Positions 1 through 12,900 of a DNA stretch of 64,000 bases are shown in pieces. Source of the DNA: Chiloscyllium plagiosum (taxonomy: Eukaryota); the NCBI RefSeq assembly GCF_004010195.1, contig NC_057718.1:70167382-70231381 (forward strand). Reading direction: 5' to 3'. The translations under genes and the position numbers were made by a program. The notes below the pieces were generated by a model. That model did not search any database. It saw only the letters and a list, made by a program, of their open reading frames with translations, and was not told where the DNA came from. Numbering within the stretch: position 1 is the first letter of the stretch; every line of letters starts with the position of its first letter.

Positions 1-755
1 GGAATATCCTCCCTCAGCACAGCTGTAATGCTATCCCTTATCAAAAATGTCACTTCCCCTCCTCTCTTGCCTCCCTTCCTGTAGCATTTGTATCCTGGAA
101 CATTAAGCTGCCAGTCCTGCCCTCCCTGAGCCATATTTCTGTAATTACTATGATATCCCAGTCCCATGTTCCTAACCATGCCCTGAGTTCATCTGCCTTC
201 CTTGTTAGGCCCCTTGCATTGAAATAAATGCAGTTTAATTTATTAGTCCTACCTTGTCCCTGCCTGTCCTGAACTGTTTGACTCGCTTCTGTTCTCAACT
301 GTACCAGTCTCAGATTGATCGCTTTCCTCACTATTTCCCTGGATCCCAACCCCCCACCTTACTAGTTTAAATCCTCCTGAGCAGCTCTAGCAAATTTCCT
401 TGCCAGTATTTCCCCTTCTAATTTAGGTGCAATCTGTCCTTCTTGACCTGGTCACCTCTTCCCCAAAAGAGATTCCAATGATCCAAAAATGTGAATCCTT
501 CTCATATATACCAGCTCCTCAGCCATGCAATCATCTGCTCTATCTTTCCATTCCTGCCCTCACTAGCTTGTAGCACCGGGAGTAATCTAGATATTACTAC
601 TCTCGAGAGCCTCCTTCTTAAATTTCTGCCTAACTCCCTTTAATCTCCCTTCAGAATCCCTTCCTCTGTCATTGGTTCCAATGTGGACAATGACCTCTTG
701 CTGGCCCCTCTCCCCTGTGAGAACATTCTGCACCCTCTCTGAGACATCCTTGAGC
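1..755 (-). mobile_element. CR1/HER1-type LINE fragment (ORF1 SGNH-esterase end and ORF2 AP-endonuclease start), decayed
   Basis: Minus-strand peptides VIVHIGTND (ORF1 esterase motif) and LNCIYFNARGL..KADEL..WDIIVITEIWL (APE N-terminus). Confidence 0.85.
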
Positions 756-3700
756 ATATACTTTACAGAAGAGATTTTTCGTCCCTTTTCAGTATCCACA
801 CACTTTTTCCATGGCCAGGGATCCTTTTTTTTATATTAACTCATGGAACATGGATGTTGCTGGCTAGCCAATATTTTATTGTCCATCCCACGTTGATGTA
901 GGTAGACCGACAATGCACCATGAGGGAAGAAATTCTAGGATTTTGATGCAGAAAAAGTCCAGGAGCAGCAATATAATTCCAACTCAGACTTTTGAATGTC
1001 TGGGAGGGGAACATGCAGATGGTGATGTTCCTGTATATCTTCTAGGAATCACTTCCTTTGAACTCCTTTTGCCCTATTTAAAATTGTTCTTTATCCTCTT
1101 GAGCCCTGTTTCATTTTAACTGCACTTTATATTCACTAGGCGTCTTCTCCCAGATGATCTTTCTTTTGTTCCTTCACAAATTTTCTTAGTCATGCTTTCA
1201 ACTGAATTCCATTACTTTTTCATTGCATCTTCAATGTGCCTTGGCTATTTCTCCTTCAACCATCTGAATGTCACTTTTACTTGCAAATCTTTAAACTTCT
1301 TCCACTTGATATTCTATTTACCTCTTCCCTGCTGCCATCTTGTTTTGTTTGCTATTAGCTCTGCTGTCAGGATTTTGTGTTGGTGGCTAATGACTTGTTT
1401 GTAGATTTTTGCTATCTTTCTACACACTTTCAAAATATGCTGTTGCTCAGACCACTATATTGTTAAAGATGATTTATTCACTATATTGGTTCTAACTTCA
1501 TTTGCTTCTCTAAAACTGTGATCACCACAAATAACTTCATACCCCATCTTTCTCTCTCTACATGTCTATTTAGGTGACCTCTCACCACAAGTCTATTACT
1601 ACTTGCTATTGTTCAAATTGTACTTTCTATTTTTTCCAATAATTTTTCTTTCTCCTTTGGTCTAACCTGATCTAAGATACAAAACAACCATCTATGTTTC
1701 ATATTTTGTCCCTGCCTTACAGATTTACTTTAACTATTCTATTTACATTGTCCCTCAATTCACCAACTAATGCTGTTCCAACACCTTTTCTTCTGTCTCA
1801 TGGTAATAGAAATAATATACACAACCAGTCTATCTTGATTTGCTGCCCTTCCACTCTGCTTCCTGGAGACCCATGATATGCATTTCTTTCTTCACTATCA
1901 GGTCAGTTATTACACAGCTTTTCCATGTTGGGTCATCAACATTTAGACTTGCTATTTTTTGTTTTGTCATAAATTCCCCTCCCCTTTGGCTTTCTTCTTT
2001 AGTCATTCTTGTTCATTGGATGATAACATTTGTCCATTGTTGGCAATATTCGGCAGAGTCCTTGCATTTCATTTACAGGATAAATCCTAATGTGAGCATT
2101 ATTTCCATTCATGGTGGCAAGTTTTACAGATGAATGCCCTCTCTACGTCACCATCCCTGTTCATCTGTGTTTGGATCTGGCATTGATACACACTGGCTTG
2201 CCTGCAACAGTTGCTGGATTGATAACACTAGTTATAATGGACTTTAAAATGACAACAAGTTTCAACCTGAGCTCCTGATACCACAAGAAATTTCCATTGC
2301 AGGGGCAGCCTTTCAGAACATTAACCAAAAACCTTTTCAACACAACCTTTATCAGGCCTGACTACTTTTCTTGAGCATTGCAAGACTAGTCCCACGCCCT
2401 CCTCCAGTCTATGTTTCTTTCAAATTTATTTTTAGAAGATGAAAATACATAACCTAGTCACCCTATGAGCCAATCACATAATGTGGGTAGAGTCACTCAT
2501 AAGCTAGAGTAGATGGGGATGTTAATTTTCAACTGTCCAGGCCAGAAATTTTGAAAATCTTCTCCTCCTTTATTACCTTCCTTAAAATCTACCTCTTGCC
2601 TGTCCCACCATATCCTTGTATTGAATGTTACACCAAACTCTCATGTTTCTCCAATTACTCCCAAGAACTCAAGATTGACCCCTAACAGTCACATGCTCTA
2701 CTTCACCCACACAGCTTTCAATGATACCAACTTCACATTCACTTTTCAGGTGCTATTCAGCTGCAGCAGGCAGATCACACAAACACTGTGCATCAGCAGC
2801 AGCACTGTTATATTTAAATACAATTTATAACCGCAGAACACAATTGTCATTTTTCCAAATACAGACTTTAACTTTCTATCCTTTGTCTTAATGAGCAGTG
2901 TTGCCCAAGGAAGAAGAGTGCAACAGAGAACAGTTACATCTTCAACTCCTCAGCCTTACAGAAGATGTGGTACTGTTTATCAAGAAACCAGTATCAATGC
3001 AACCTCTAGCATGCAGCATTGATATAAGTATTCAGAGTAAAATTATGTTAACTGCCTTCTACCCCTTTTCAATTCCCATTTGCCCCTCATCCTGTTATCT
3101 AGCATGAGAAGATGGTGTATCCATGGACATTTTCCTTTACACTGACCTTCGCTAGCCATAACCTTCATGCCCCAAATCTCTTGAACTCCTTCTGATTTTC
3201 TACTTGCTACAGTCAGAAGCATCATCATAAAATTTGAGACTGTCAGCTCAAATACTTGCACAACACAAACTCTGGAAGCTAGTGAAATGTCTGATCTATG
3301 CAGCAGAGTTGATTATTTTGGATAGCTTATGTATCACTAATTGAAGAGCAAAATTGCAGGTGTGTTCTGTTGCTGGGAGTTAGGATAAGTACTTTGATAA
3401 AGTGTTGACAGGAGAACAAGACTAAACAAACACCAATGAGATGCTCGATATATTGTCAGGCCTGACATGTAGACTTTTGTTACTGCCAAGAGACTTGAGA
3501 GGCCTGTCTTCAACATGGCATTGCACTTGGAACCTATTATTCCCAGGAGGAAGTGTTAGAAACTCAAAAAGAATAATTACAGATCCTTCCAAGGACTTGA
3601 CAGACAGGGATGATGATTCCCCTGGCCAGGGGATATATCTGAAAAAAAGACCACATCTCAGGATCTGTGGTAGGTCATTTCCACCAGAGATGAAATGGAA

Positions 3701-5546
3701 TTACTTCACTCAAAGTAGTGAACTTTTATATTTCTCAACCAGAAAAGGCCTGTGGAGAGAGTCACTGAATATTTTTAAGAAATACATAAATAGAATTCTA
3801 GAAGCTAAATGTGTCAAGGAATATAGGAATAGAGTTGAGATAGAGGATCAGCCATGATTATGTTGAATGGTAGAGCGAGCTCAATTGTCCAAATGTCCTA
3901 TTGCTGGTTTTATTTTTTATGTTTCTGTGTTACAAAGAATACCTTAAAGCCAATGTCTCAGATTCTTCCATTAATATCTGATGTGTCCTGTCCTGTTGAG
4001 ATTCATATTTTAGAGAGAGTAGTCCTTAAACTCTTCAACATTGACACTGGACCCCTAGAGATACATGATATCAGATCAAACTTGGGCAAACAAATCTTTT
4101 CCTGATTCTGAACTACCACCTTTCCACAACTGACAAAACAGTACTTCTCCATATTGAAAATTACAAAAAAGACAACTAAGGGTGACAAAGGAAGTACTCT
4201 GAATGTTGAACATTAACGTGCATTGTTAAGAGTGGCTCAGAATACCACTAATGACCAAACAGCTTAAGTCCTAAAGGCCAGACTGGGTTTGTGGCAGGTC
4301 GTTACAGAATGAATAAGAGGGAAAACCCGACTTGGCCTTGCCCTCATCAATCAACTTGTCAAAGTTGATGACTGTATTAGCATGATAATATACATGACAG
4401 TGACCATAACACAGTATTTAGAAGAATGAAAATTATGCTAGACCATGAGGTTACAGATTGTGGTTCAAGACAATTCAAGTGCTGCTGTTGGCCCACCGTA
4501 CTTCATGGATATCCAGTTTTGAACTGCTAGGTGTGTTCTGAATCACTCCTCATGTGGTGTCACACAACATGACAAATGGAGGATAACCTCAGTGTGAAGT
4601 GTGATGTTGTCCCAACAAGGACTGTGCAGTGGTCAGTTTGTCACTTGTACCAATGCAATAGTAGACAGTTGCATCTGGCTCAGTCCTAGCTTTGAGATGA
4701 AAGCGCCTGAGACATAGCTCAAAGTTATGATTCTGTAAGATGACACGAACAGGTTATTGCTTGCCTCTTTTGTAGAACTGCTTTCCCAATTTTGATACCA
4801 GCTCCAAATGTTTGAGAAAAGGACTTTGCTGGGTTGATTAAGTTAAATAAGATTTTGTCCATTCAAGAGTCTTGGTCAATGTTGAATGCTTTGTCCAGTT
4901 TTATTCTTATTTGGCTTTTGAGTGGTGATTTCATGAACTGAAACATTCATTCAGTGGGAAGTTCAGTGTTCACAACATTGCTGCGGATGCAGTATCGTGT
5001 ATAAAGCTGACAAGATAAAGCTAACATACTTCATTCCCTGAAAGGCATCAGTAAATTTATTTTTTCATTAGTTTGATAGTTTCATGGCTATTATTGAGGC
5101 TAGATTTTTATTCCTGATAATAGTTATTTAAATAAAATGAAATTTCCCAGCAATAAACTTCGAACTCCAACTTGGCCTCTCAAGTGATACTTCTCTAAAA
5201 TGTTATAACCATGCTACTTAGAAAAAAATACAGATTCAGGTTGCATAACAAAGACAGGGAATTTCATGAGAACACCTTCCACTTTTTAAAATGGGGTTTC
5301 TGCCCAACTTCCTTTGAAGTTCCAGCAGTGGAGAGGATATTCTCAAACCTAAGGACATTCTCAATCACTGTCATCTCACAAGTATCAGACACTAGAAGCT
5401 GTCTGCTGTGGTTCCTCTGTCTCTGCAGCTAATCTAAATATTTTTACCTTTGTTGGTGAATAACTACAGTTACACTACTGAATGAAACAGTACCATGACA
5501 TCTCATTTTTTCCAGTTGTCACATGGTGCTTGCTTTATATGGTAGG

Positions 5547-5643
5547 AGGAAGTTAATTTACAGCTTTGAAAGTGTACAGTAAAATGCCGTGATGTAGTTT
5601 CCTTCCTGAACTATAAGTATTTCCACCTGCCCCTTTATATAAA
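5547..5643 (+). promoter_or_regulatory. Putative core promoter of the TAGAP-like gene
   Basis: ETS-like AGGAAGT at 5547, TTCCTTCCTG near 5599, TATATAAA at 5636-5643, followed ~130 nt later by a consensus donor AG|GTAAGC at 5775/5776. Confidence 0.5.
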
Positions 5644-5667
5644 CCATGTGATATAGTTGCACTGTTT

Positions 5668-5775
5668 AGAGTCTTCGTACTTGCATGTTGGATTACCAGC
5701 TTTATACGTGGCTCAAACTTTAAATGCTGTTCACATGCAGTAAGGGCATGGGAGTTGGCACAATTTTCTTCATAG
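5668..5775 (+). other. TAGAP: Putative non-coding exon 1 (5' UTR); start approximate
   Basis: Lies between the TATA box and the donor CATAG|GTAAGC; could splice to the acceptor at 6862. Confidence 0.45.
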
Positions 5776-6617
5776 GTAAGCAGTTTGTCTTTAGTAATTT
5801 AATCAACTATTTATGCAATTATAATAAGTAAGTAAGCTGATAAAATTAAAATGAGAATGATAGTTGTGTTTGACAGATTTGTCTGCTTTCAGGTTAGGTA
5901 GTAACCCCAACGTTACCCAATCGTACAATCCTCCAAGACCTCTACGCTATTCCAACACTGGCATCTTACACATTTTCTATTTCAATTTCTCCATCATTGA
6001 TAGTCATGATTTCAGCTTAGATTGTAATGTCCTTCTTAAACCTCTTGTCCTCTCAACTTCTTACTCACTTTCCTTTCTGTGATCCTTCAACTTTAGTCTT
6101 CAAACAAGTTTTTGGTCATCTATCTTAATATCTCCTTCTGTGGATCAGTATCATATTTTGTTTAATAATGCTCCAGAGAAGCATGTTGGATGATCTACTA
6201 TGTAAAAGGTGCTCGGTGAATGCAATTTGTTGGTGTTTATATTGAAATTATGTGACGCGCATTAAGATGTTCAAGAAATGACAACAGAAGCTGGCTTGTC
6301 TGAAATTTAAAATTTGGATGGGATCCTCTCCACTGCAGCAATCATCTTCATAATGTAGTCTCCTATGCAACACGATCAATAGAGTTCATTTTAATCTCCT
6401 CCATCCTTCGCCACCAAACCCCACCCAAGCCATTCAACATCCTTCCTTGGAACGATATCACAATTTCTTCACTGTGGGGAGGTCAGAATCCTGGAACTCT
6501 TCCTAACAGCATTGCAGATGGCACTCACACTCCACAGAGTGTAGCAGATCAAGAAGGTAGCTCACCATCACCAGGGCAAATAGGAATGAGCAATTAACAG
6601 TGGTCTAGCCAGTGAAG

Positions 6618-6727
6618 AAAGCTGAAAAGGTGTTGCTGGATAAGCGCAGCAGGTCAGGCAGCATCCAAGGAGCAGGATAATCGACGTTTCGAGCATGAGC
6701 CCTTCTTCAGGAATCTTTAGGCCCTTC
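6618..6727 (-). mobile_element. Short Penelope-like 3' fragment with hammerhead core
   Basis: 17-bp TSD TGGTCTAGCCAGTGAAG at 6601-6617 and 6728-6744; minus strand reads CTGAAGA-agggctcatgctc-GAAACGTC. Confidence 0.75.
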
Positions 6728-6912
6728 TGGTCTAGCCAGTGAAGCCTACATCCTATGAAAGGACAAAAACAATTCTAATATGTTTTCACTCATATTAAAA
6801 GGAGATTAATGTACCAACTTGAATACATTTTTCACTGACAAACTTCTATTCCTTGTCTTTAGAAATATAAGAACAGAACGAACAGGCTAGCTTTACATCA
6901 CCAGCAATACTA

Positions 6913-6939
6913 ATGAAGTTTTTAAGTAACTCTGGTTTG
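6913..6939 (+). CDS. TAGAP: TAGAP-like coding exon 1 (MKFLSNSGL)
   Basis: Acceptor TTTAG ending 6862, ATG 6913, donor GTAAGT 6940; parallels TAGAP N-terminus MKLRSSHNA. Confidence 0.8.
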
Positions 6940-9900
6940 GTAAGTTACAGGATTTTGCATGTAATTGCTTTTTGAGTTCAATCACATCGCCATTTAACCT
7001 TATTTACTCAACACTGTACAAAAGTTATCTTGGTTCTAGCAGTAACCATTGTAAAGAATATCAGTCAACAAGCAGCCCATAGCATGACATTATTAGTAAA
7101 AGAATAAGTCTTTATGATACTGAAACATGATACTGAATCATACTGAAACAAAACTAAACAGCTCAATAAAAGATTTTCAAAAGTCCCTAAATCATGAAAA
7201 AAAGTTTTTTCTCGCATTTTATGCTTGTGGATATTTGCTATTTATTTTTAATGAAAGAAAAATGAGATGAAATACTTTTGAAAAAAAAAGTATTATTTAA
7301 ATTGCCCAGTTATCTGTGTGACATTCTTGTCTGTGTGACATACTGTTGCATATATAATTAGTGAGAGTGTGTACTCTCTGGTTACTGCTGAGCTGAAATA
7401 CAGAAATTTAGTTGTGGAACTACATAAGTGTGTGTTTTGTGAGTTACAGGCATATTTGTAATTGTGGGTGTGTACTTATGTAGGTGCATGTGTAAGAGGG
7501 CGATGTTGTTTCTGTGTTTCTGGGTGTAACAGTGTCCAAGTGTGGAGGGGTATAATGGTATGAAGGGGATCTTGTTTTTATATATATGTGTGAGAACTGA
7601 TCAAAATGAAGATTACAATTAATATTTTTCTGCAATTTACATGATTAGTACATGAACTGTTAGTTATGAGGCTTATACCATACCATCAGGTATCCCGAGA
7701 AATGAGATGGTGAGATAGATGGACAGAAATGAAAGGTACTGAGCAATTGTCATCTATCTTCTAGTGTTGAAGTACTTCTGTCCACATTTAACCAAAATAA
7801 ATTTGCTATTTTCTTTTGACAGTCTAAAACACTAACTATAAGTAGTATGGAAGAAGCCAGCGAGACAGTGAAGAGAGTGGAACAAGAACCTGTCGAGCTA
7901 GTGAGTAATAAGTAATTTTTTTACTCTAAGGGATTTCCAACCTTTAGACTATGTTTAGTTTGTTCTAAGTAGACATACTTAGATTCTATTTGATAGATTC
8001 ATGTTCTTACTATTTTTATTAAGTCTTGAATATTTTAAATTGAGGTGGGTAAATAAGGTAGATAAAAAATATTCAAGATAAAATATTATTGGGTGGTGGT
8101 GAGTGGTGATGGGGTGGGGAGAAAGTGAGGTCTGCTGGTGATGGGGTGGCACTACAGTGTCTCAGTTTTGTTTTTGGGTGTTTCAGAGTTCCTCAAGCAT
8201 CTCACTGCAGTATGTTTTAACCTTCAGAGACATGATCAGAACAGTGGAATGGTGCTGCCAAAGAGTGAGGACTTGTCAAATTCCCTGATTGGTGAGTTTG
8301 AAAACAAGCTAACACATTCTCCCGCCAGATGCAGCAGCCTGTGGTTTGTCGGCTGTTTTTGTGCTGATGTAAACTTGAAGCAAGTTATTTATAAAGCACC
8401 ATGCATCATCAACTTAACTTTTAAAATATTTAAAGTCATATTAGAAAACATAAGCTTTTGAATCAAATATTATTGGACACAGCATTTAACTTAGATAATA
8501 TTTTAAAGGCAAGTTGCAGACAATTTGTTAGGAGTCTTTAAAGGACTGATCAATTTATACCAGTGATTGACAATCTATCAGTGTGCACATGTCATTTGTT
8601 ATTACTAATGGAAAGGGAATCCTCAAAAAAAAATCCACGGTAGGTTTTAGTTTGTAATGATTAAAGCATTCTCTATGTTCATTTTTCCATGTTATTACTA
8701 TGTTAGCTTCCCATGTACATATGCTAAGTTTGGAGAGAAGCTGTTCTCTTTAGGAGGAGAACCAATGATTTGTATAAAGTCAGCTTGTTGGTATTAGTTC
8801 CAATGATTTTCTTTTCAAATTCAGTGTGATCCAAATTGAATTTTAAAGTGAAGACTTTTTCTCTATTTTTAATTATTTCTTATCAAATCCAATTTTCAAT
8901 TGCTGATTTAAAATATTCTGAGAGGTTACAGATGATTCGTATGTCATCCATTGTGGGCAATTTTCCCACAATGTTCAAACTGGAGTGTGTTAAAAACTGC
9001 ACTCCTCCATCAGTATTTTAAAATAACGTCTGTTATTTTAAAACTCAGAGAATAGAGGAAGTGTAAAGACGGAAGCTCCTTTTAGGGTGTGCCAAGTATT
9101 CTAACCTCATTATATACTCTTGTAGGTAATGAATGCCCCTTTGCCACTAAAATGAATCAACTCCACATACCAGCCAAACAGCAAGCAAAATGTGATATGT
9201 CAACTCTCAAGTCAGGAAGAAAGCCTTCAAAACCATCAGAGAAACACCGATGTCAAATTCAGTCAAATTCAAGTATGTTGGTGCAAACTGCTTCTGGAAG
9301 CTCTGCTAACAATACAGGGAGACCAAAAGCTATTCCAAAAATGTATTGCAATATTGCAAAATGCTTTTAATGCATTGCAGAATGCTTTATACGGTCTTTA
9401 GTCTGCAAGTACAATTCAGGCAGATCTCACATGACTCTTCTACAAAAAAATTTATCAACTTGAAATATTATCTCTGATTCACTTGACACTGATGTTGCCT
9501 GACCTGCTAAATATTTCTAGTCAAGCATTTTTATCTTTATTTTAGATTTTGAGTATCTCCAGTATTTTGCTTTGTGTCACTCTGTCTTTGTGCTGAAAAC
9601 TATGTAATAGGATTGCAAATTCTGATATTGCATTTTACTGCTGTCTAATAACTGAGAGGCGCAAACCCACTTTGTACCCTAAATCCAGATATTTTCCTAG
9701 GAGTTTTGTTATGGTTATTTTGGCCCCTGAAAACATTTTTTATCAGAATGAAGATTGATATAAAAATCAGACATTTTGAACTCGATGTTCTGATGGATAA
9801 AATTGGATTCATACATGGTAAAGTATGAACATTTTCTTTCTTTCTCATCCAGTTGAATTACAGGCTGGCTTGAAGCAGAACAAGAAAACCAAACTTAAAA

Positions 9901-12900
9901 ATCTTTGGTCTTCCCGCAAAAACTCAACACAAAGTGAATCCATGTCTTCACACGATGAAGGTCTCTTTGATCGGGATCTTAAAGATATTTGCGATCATGA
10001 TGAGATGATTGCAAAGCCAATTCTTGTAAGTTAACAATAACACCTATTTTTGGTCTAATAGAGAAAGAGTTAGCACTTACCAGACAATGAACAATGACAT
10101 TAAACTAAGCTAAACTAAACTGAAGAACCAAGCTCATATTCTGGCCCAATTATCCCAAGTTTGTATATTTGAACTGGCTCAATCGTCATATCAAACTGAT
10201 GTGTTCATTCATGATAATGATTTAAAGAAACTTTGATATTAAAAGATAATACAATTTTCCTGCATACATTAGAATCTACAGATCCAGATGAGAGCAAAGA
10301 ATTGCAAACTGAAAGCTGCTTTTGTAGTAAATTATCTCTTAAAGCAATTAAGAATTCTGATTTTGTGTTTCATTTCACTCTAGAACATCCTGACTGTGCT
10401 GTTCAAGAAAGGGCCCTCATTTGTTGGAATATTTCGGAAGTCTGCAAATGCCAAAGCTTGCAAGGAATTAATTGATAAACTAAATACGGCAAACAATGTC
10501 ACCCTGGAGGAGTTGCCCGTTGTTCAACTGGCTGTTGTTTTCAAGGTAGATCACTGTTCTAAGGAGCAATGTAGCACTTTAATTGCAGTTCTTTTTCCAT
10601 ATTAGACATCCTCATGACTAACTTAAAGTAAATGCTTGCAGGAATTCCTACGTCGTATTCCAGATAGCTTGTTGTCGACAGAACTGTATGACAGCTGGAT
10701 GGCAGCCATGGAAAAGGAAGATATTAATGAAAGAACTGTGAAGCTAAAACAGTACGTTTCACCCTATTGTGAGAAATAAGTTGGGACCTCTAATTTGTTG
10801 GAGTACCATTTATGTTTTGAAATGTCCTTGCTAGGCTATGATACCAAATTGCTTTTCAAGTCAAGATCAAGAAGATTCTCAAAAAAATCTGTATTGCATG
10901 AATTCCTATCATACTTCTGCTGTTATATTTTATTAATTGGCTCAAAATAAACTAACAGCAAATCAGAATCAGAAGGTCACATGACAAATAAAAAGACCTA
11001 AGAAATGGCTTGGGAAATTAATGGCTTTGATGGTATAGATAATATAGCATAAACTGCAATTATTATAAAACAGCATATCTTTGACCTACAGTGAACACCA
11101 ACAGGAATATGTAACAGTTTTAAAAATGTTATCAAAACAAATAATTAAATACATTGGAGTCTATATTCCTCCATGCTTTCTCAAGTATATCAACAATCAC
11201 TGCATTTTCTTTTCATACAATTATTCGTTAAAATGAACTGTTCTGACTATCAGATTGTGAAATAGGTCTCCAAATATGGGCATGGTTTCTGCAGACTGGA
11301 CTCATGTGATATGAGATATTTTGCCAAAATTTGAGAATCATTCATTTGATTTTGTTCAAACCAGTTACAAAGATTTGAAACCCATAGCAGGGGATTTCCC
11401 AATGCATATTTACAGAAGTATAGCTATTTTGGAGAAGTATTTAATTGAGTAAGCACAGTTTTAATTTGCAGCTAACCAAATCGGTATTCTATTATTTTCC
11501 CATAGGCTTCTGACAGAACTTCCAAGCCACAACACTATTTTGCTTCGCTATTTTTTGTGTGTGCTGTATTATATCAACAAACATTCAGAAGTGAACAAGA
11601 TGAATGCACACAATCTTGCCATCTGCATTGGCCCAAATATGCTCTGGCCAAACAAACCTGTGACTGCTGAATTACAGAAAGAAGTCCTTGCAAGGGTAAA
11701 TAAACCGTGTGCTTTTTAATATATATTCAGTGTTGAGATGTGGTCATTGCTAGCTAGGCCAACATTTGTTTTCCATCCCTAACTGCCCTAATAAAGTGAT
11801 CGAGTAGTCTGTTTGAGCTGTTGCAGTCCATTTTGACCTAGAGGTATTATTTCCTGGATGTGTAAAGACTGAGGGCAGATTTTTGTTGATACATCGATGG
11901 CCTTGCCTGCTGGCTAGAGGGCTAGTGATAGATCCACACTGTGCCTTTAGAAGATGGAGCTCTGAATCACAAGCTAAGCAGGTTTTGGCAATCATGAACA
12001 TTGGCAAGCCTTCAACTGGAAGCATGAATATTGGAACAGAATTTTTGGCCCACTTGACAGCAGCTCTTGTTTTCAGTAGTGCCACATGTCTGCTGCACTA
12101 AGAAAATGCACTGAACTCCTGGAATTATAATATGATTCTGGTCACAGATAATTAATATGGGGAGTGAGGTTTTTGCCAGGTGGGTTTCATAGGGAGATAG
12201 ATGTAGGAGGAGTTGGCAGAAAAGAAAGGGGGCTTGTTTTCAGTGAACCGTACCCCTTCCTAATGTCAAGGACTTTGATCAGGCACTGAGGGCCTTTTAT
12301 TGAGGAAAGACCTCCCCATACCCCCTCTGAGGTGACAAGCTGCCTGCATAATGGTGACAGGCCTGCATGCCACTGAGTTAATATCAGTGGCAAAGGATAG
12401 GGTTTTAATTAGTCATTAACACCTTCATTGAACCTCTACTGTTGCTGAGTCAAAACCATCATCCTAGTTGCACTGTGGATATATCTACAGCCTAAAGACT
12501 GATGACGTTGAAGAAGACAATTCACCACCAGCTTATCAAGAATAATTAGGAAGAAGCAGTAAATTTTGGTACAACCAGAGAGTGACACTCACATTCCATT
12601 AATGAAGTAAAAAAAAACTTAAGGGCCTCAGTTTGCAGCAAGATGGGAAGACTGACCATGGTCTTCCTTCCCAGAACTTCATTTCAGGTAGAAGGGGAAA
12701 GGTGCAGAAATTCAGATACACTATCATCCTGCCTACATAAATTTCCTTCCTACCTCTTAACCCAGCATCAGGGAAAGCAGAACATTCTAGGTTTTGTATA
12801 ACTCTGTAATACAGTAAACATTAAGAATGCTGAATTACAGGGGGAAAAAAATAATTTGAACCAATAATCATTGATAGTCATTCTATCGATCACTTTAATA

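Noticed and set aside
2899..2969. Possible upstream coding exon (LPKEEECNREQLHLQLLSLTEDV)
   Set aside because: Acceptor is plausible but the donor GTACTG is weak and I recognise no homology to ARHGAP20 or TAGAP.
8187..8227. Alternative upstream acceptor for exon 3
   Set aside because: Gives an in-frame TGA before the donor; the 8228 acceptor preserves frame and homology.
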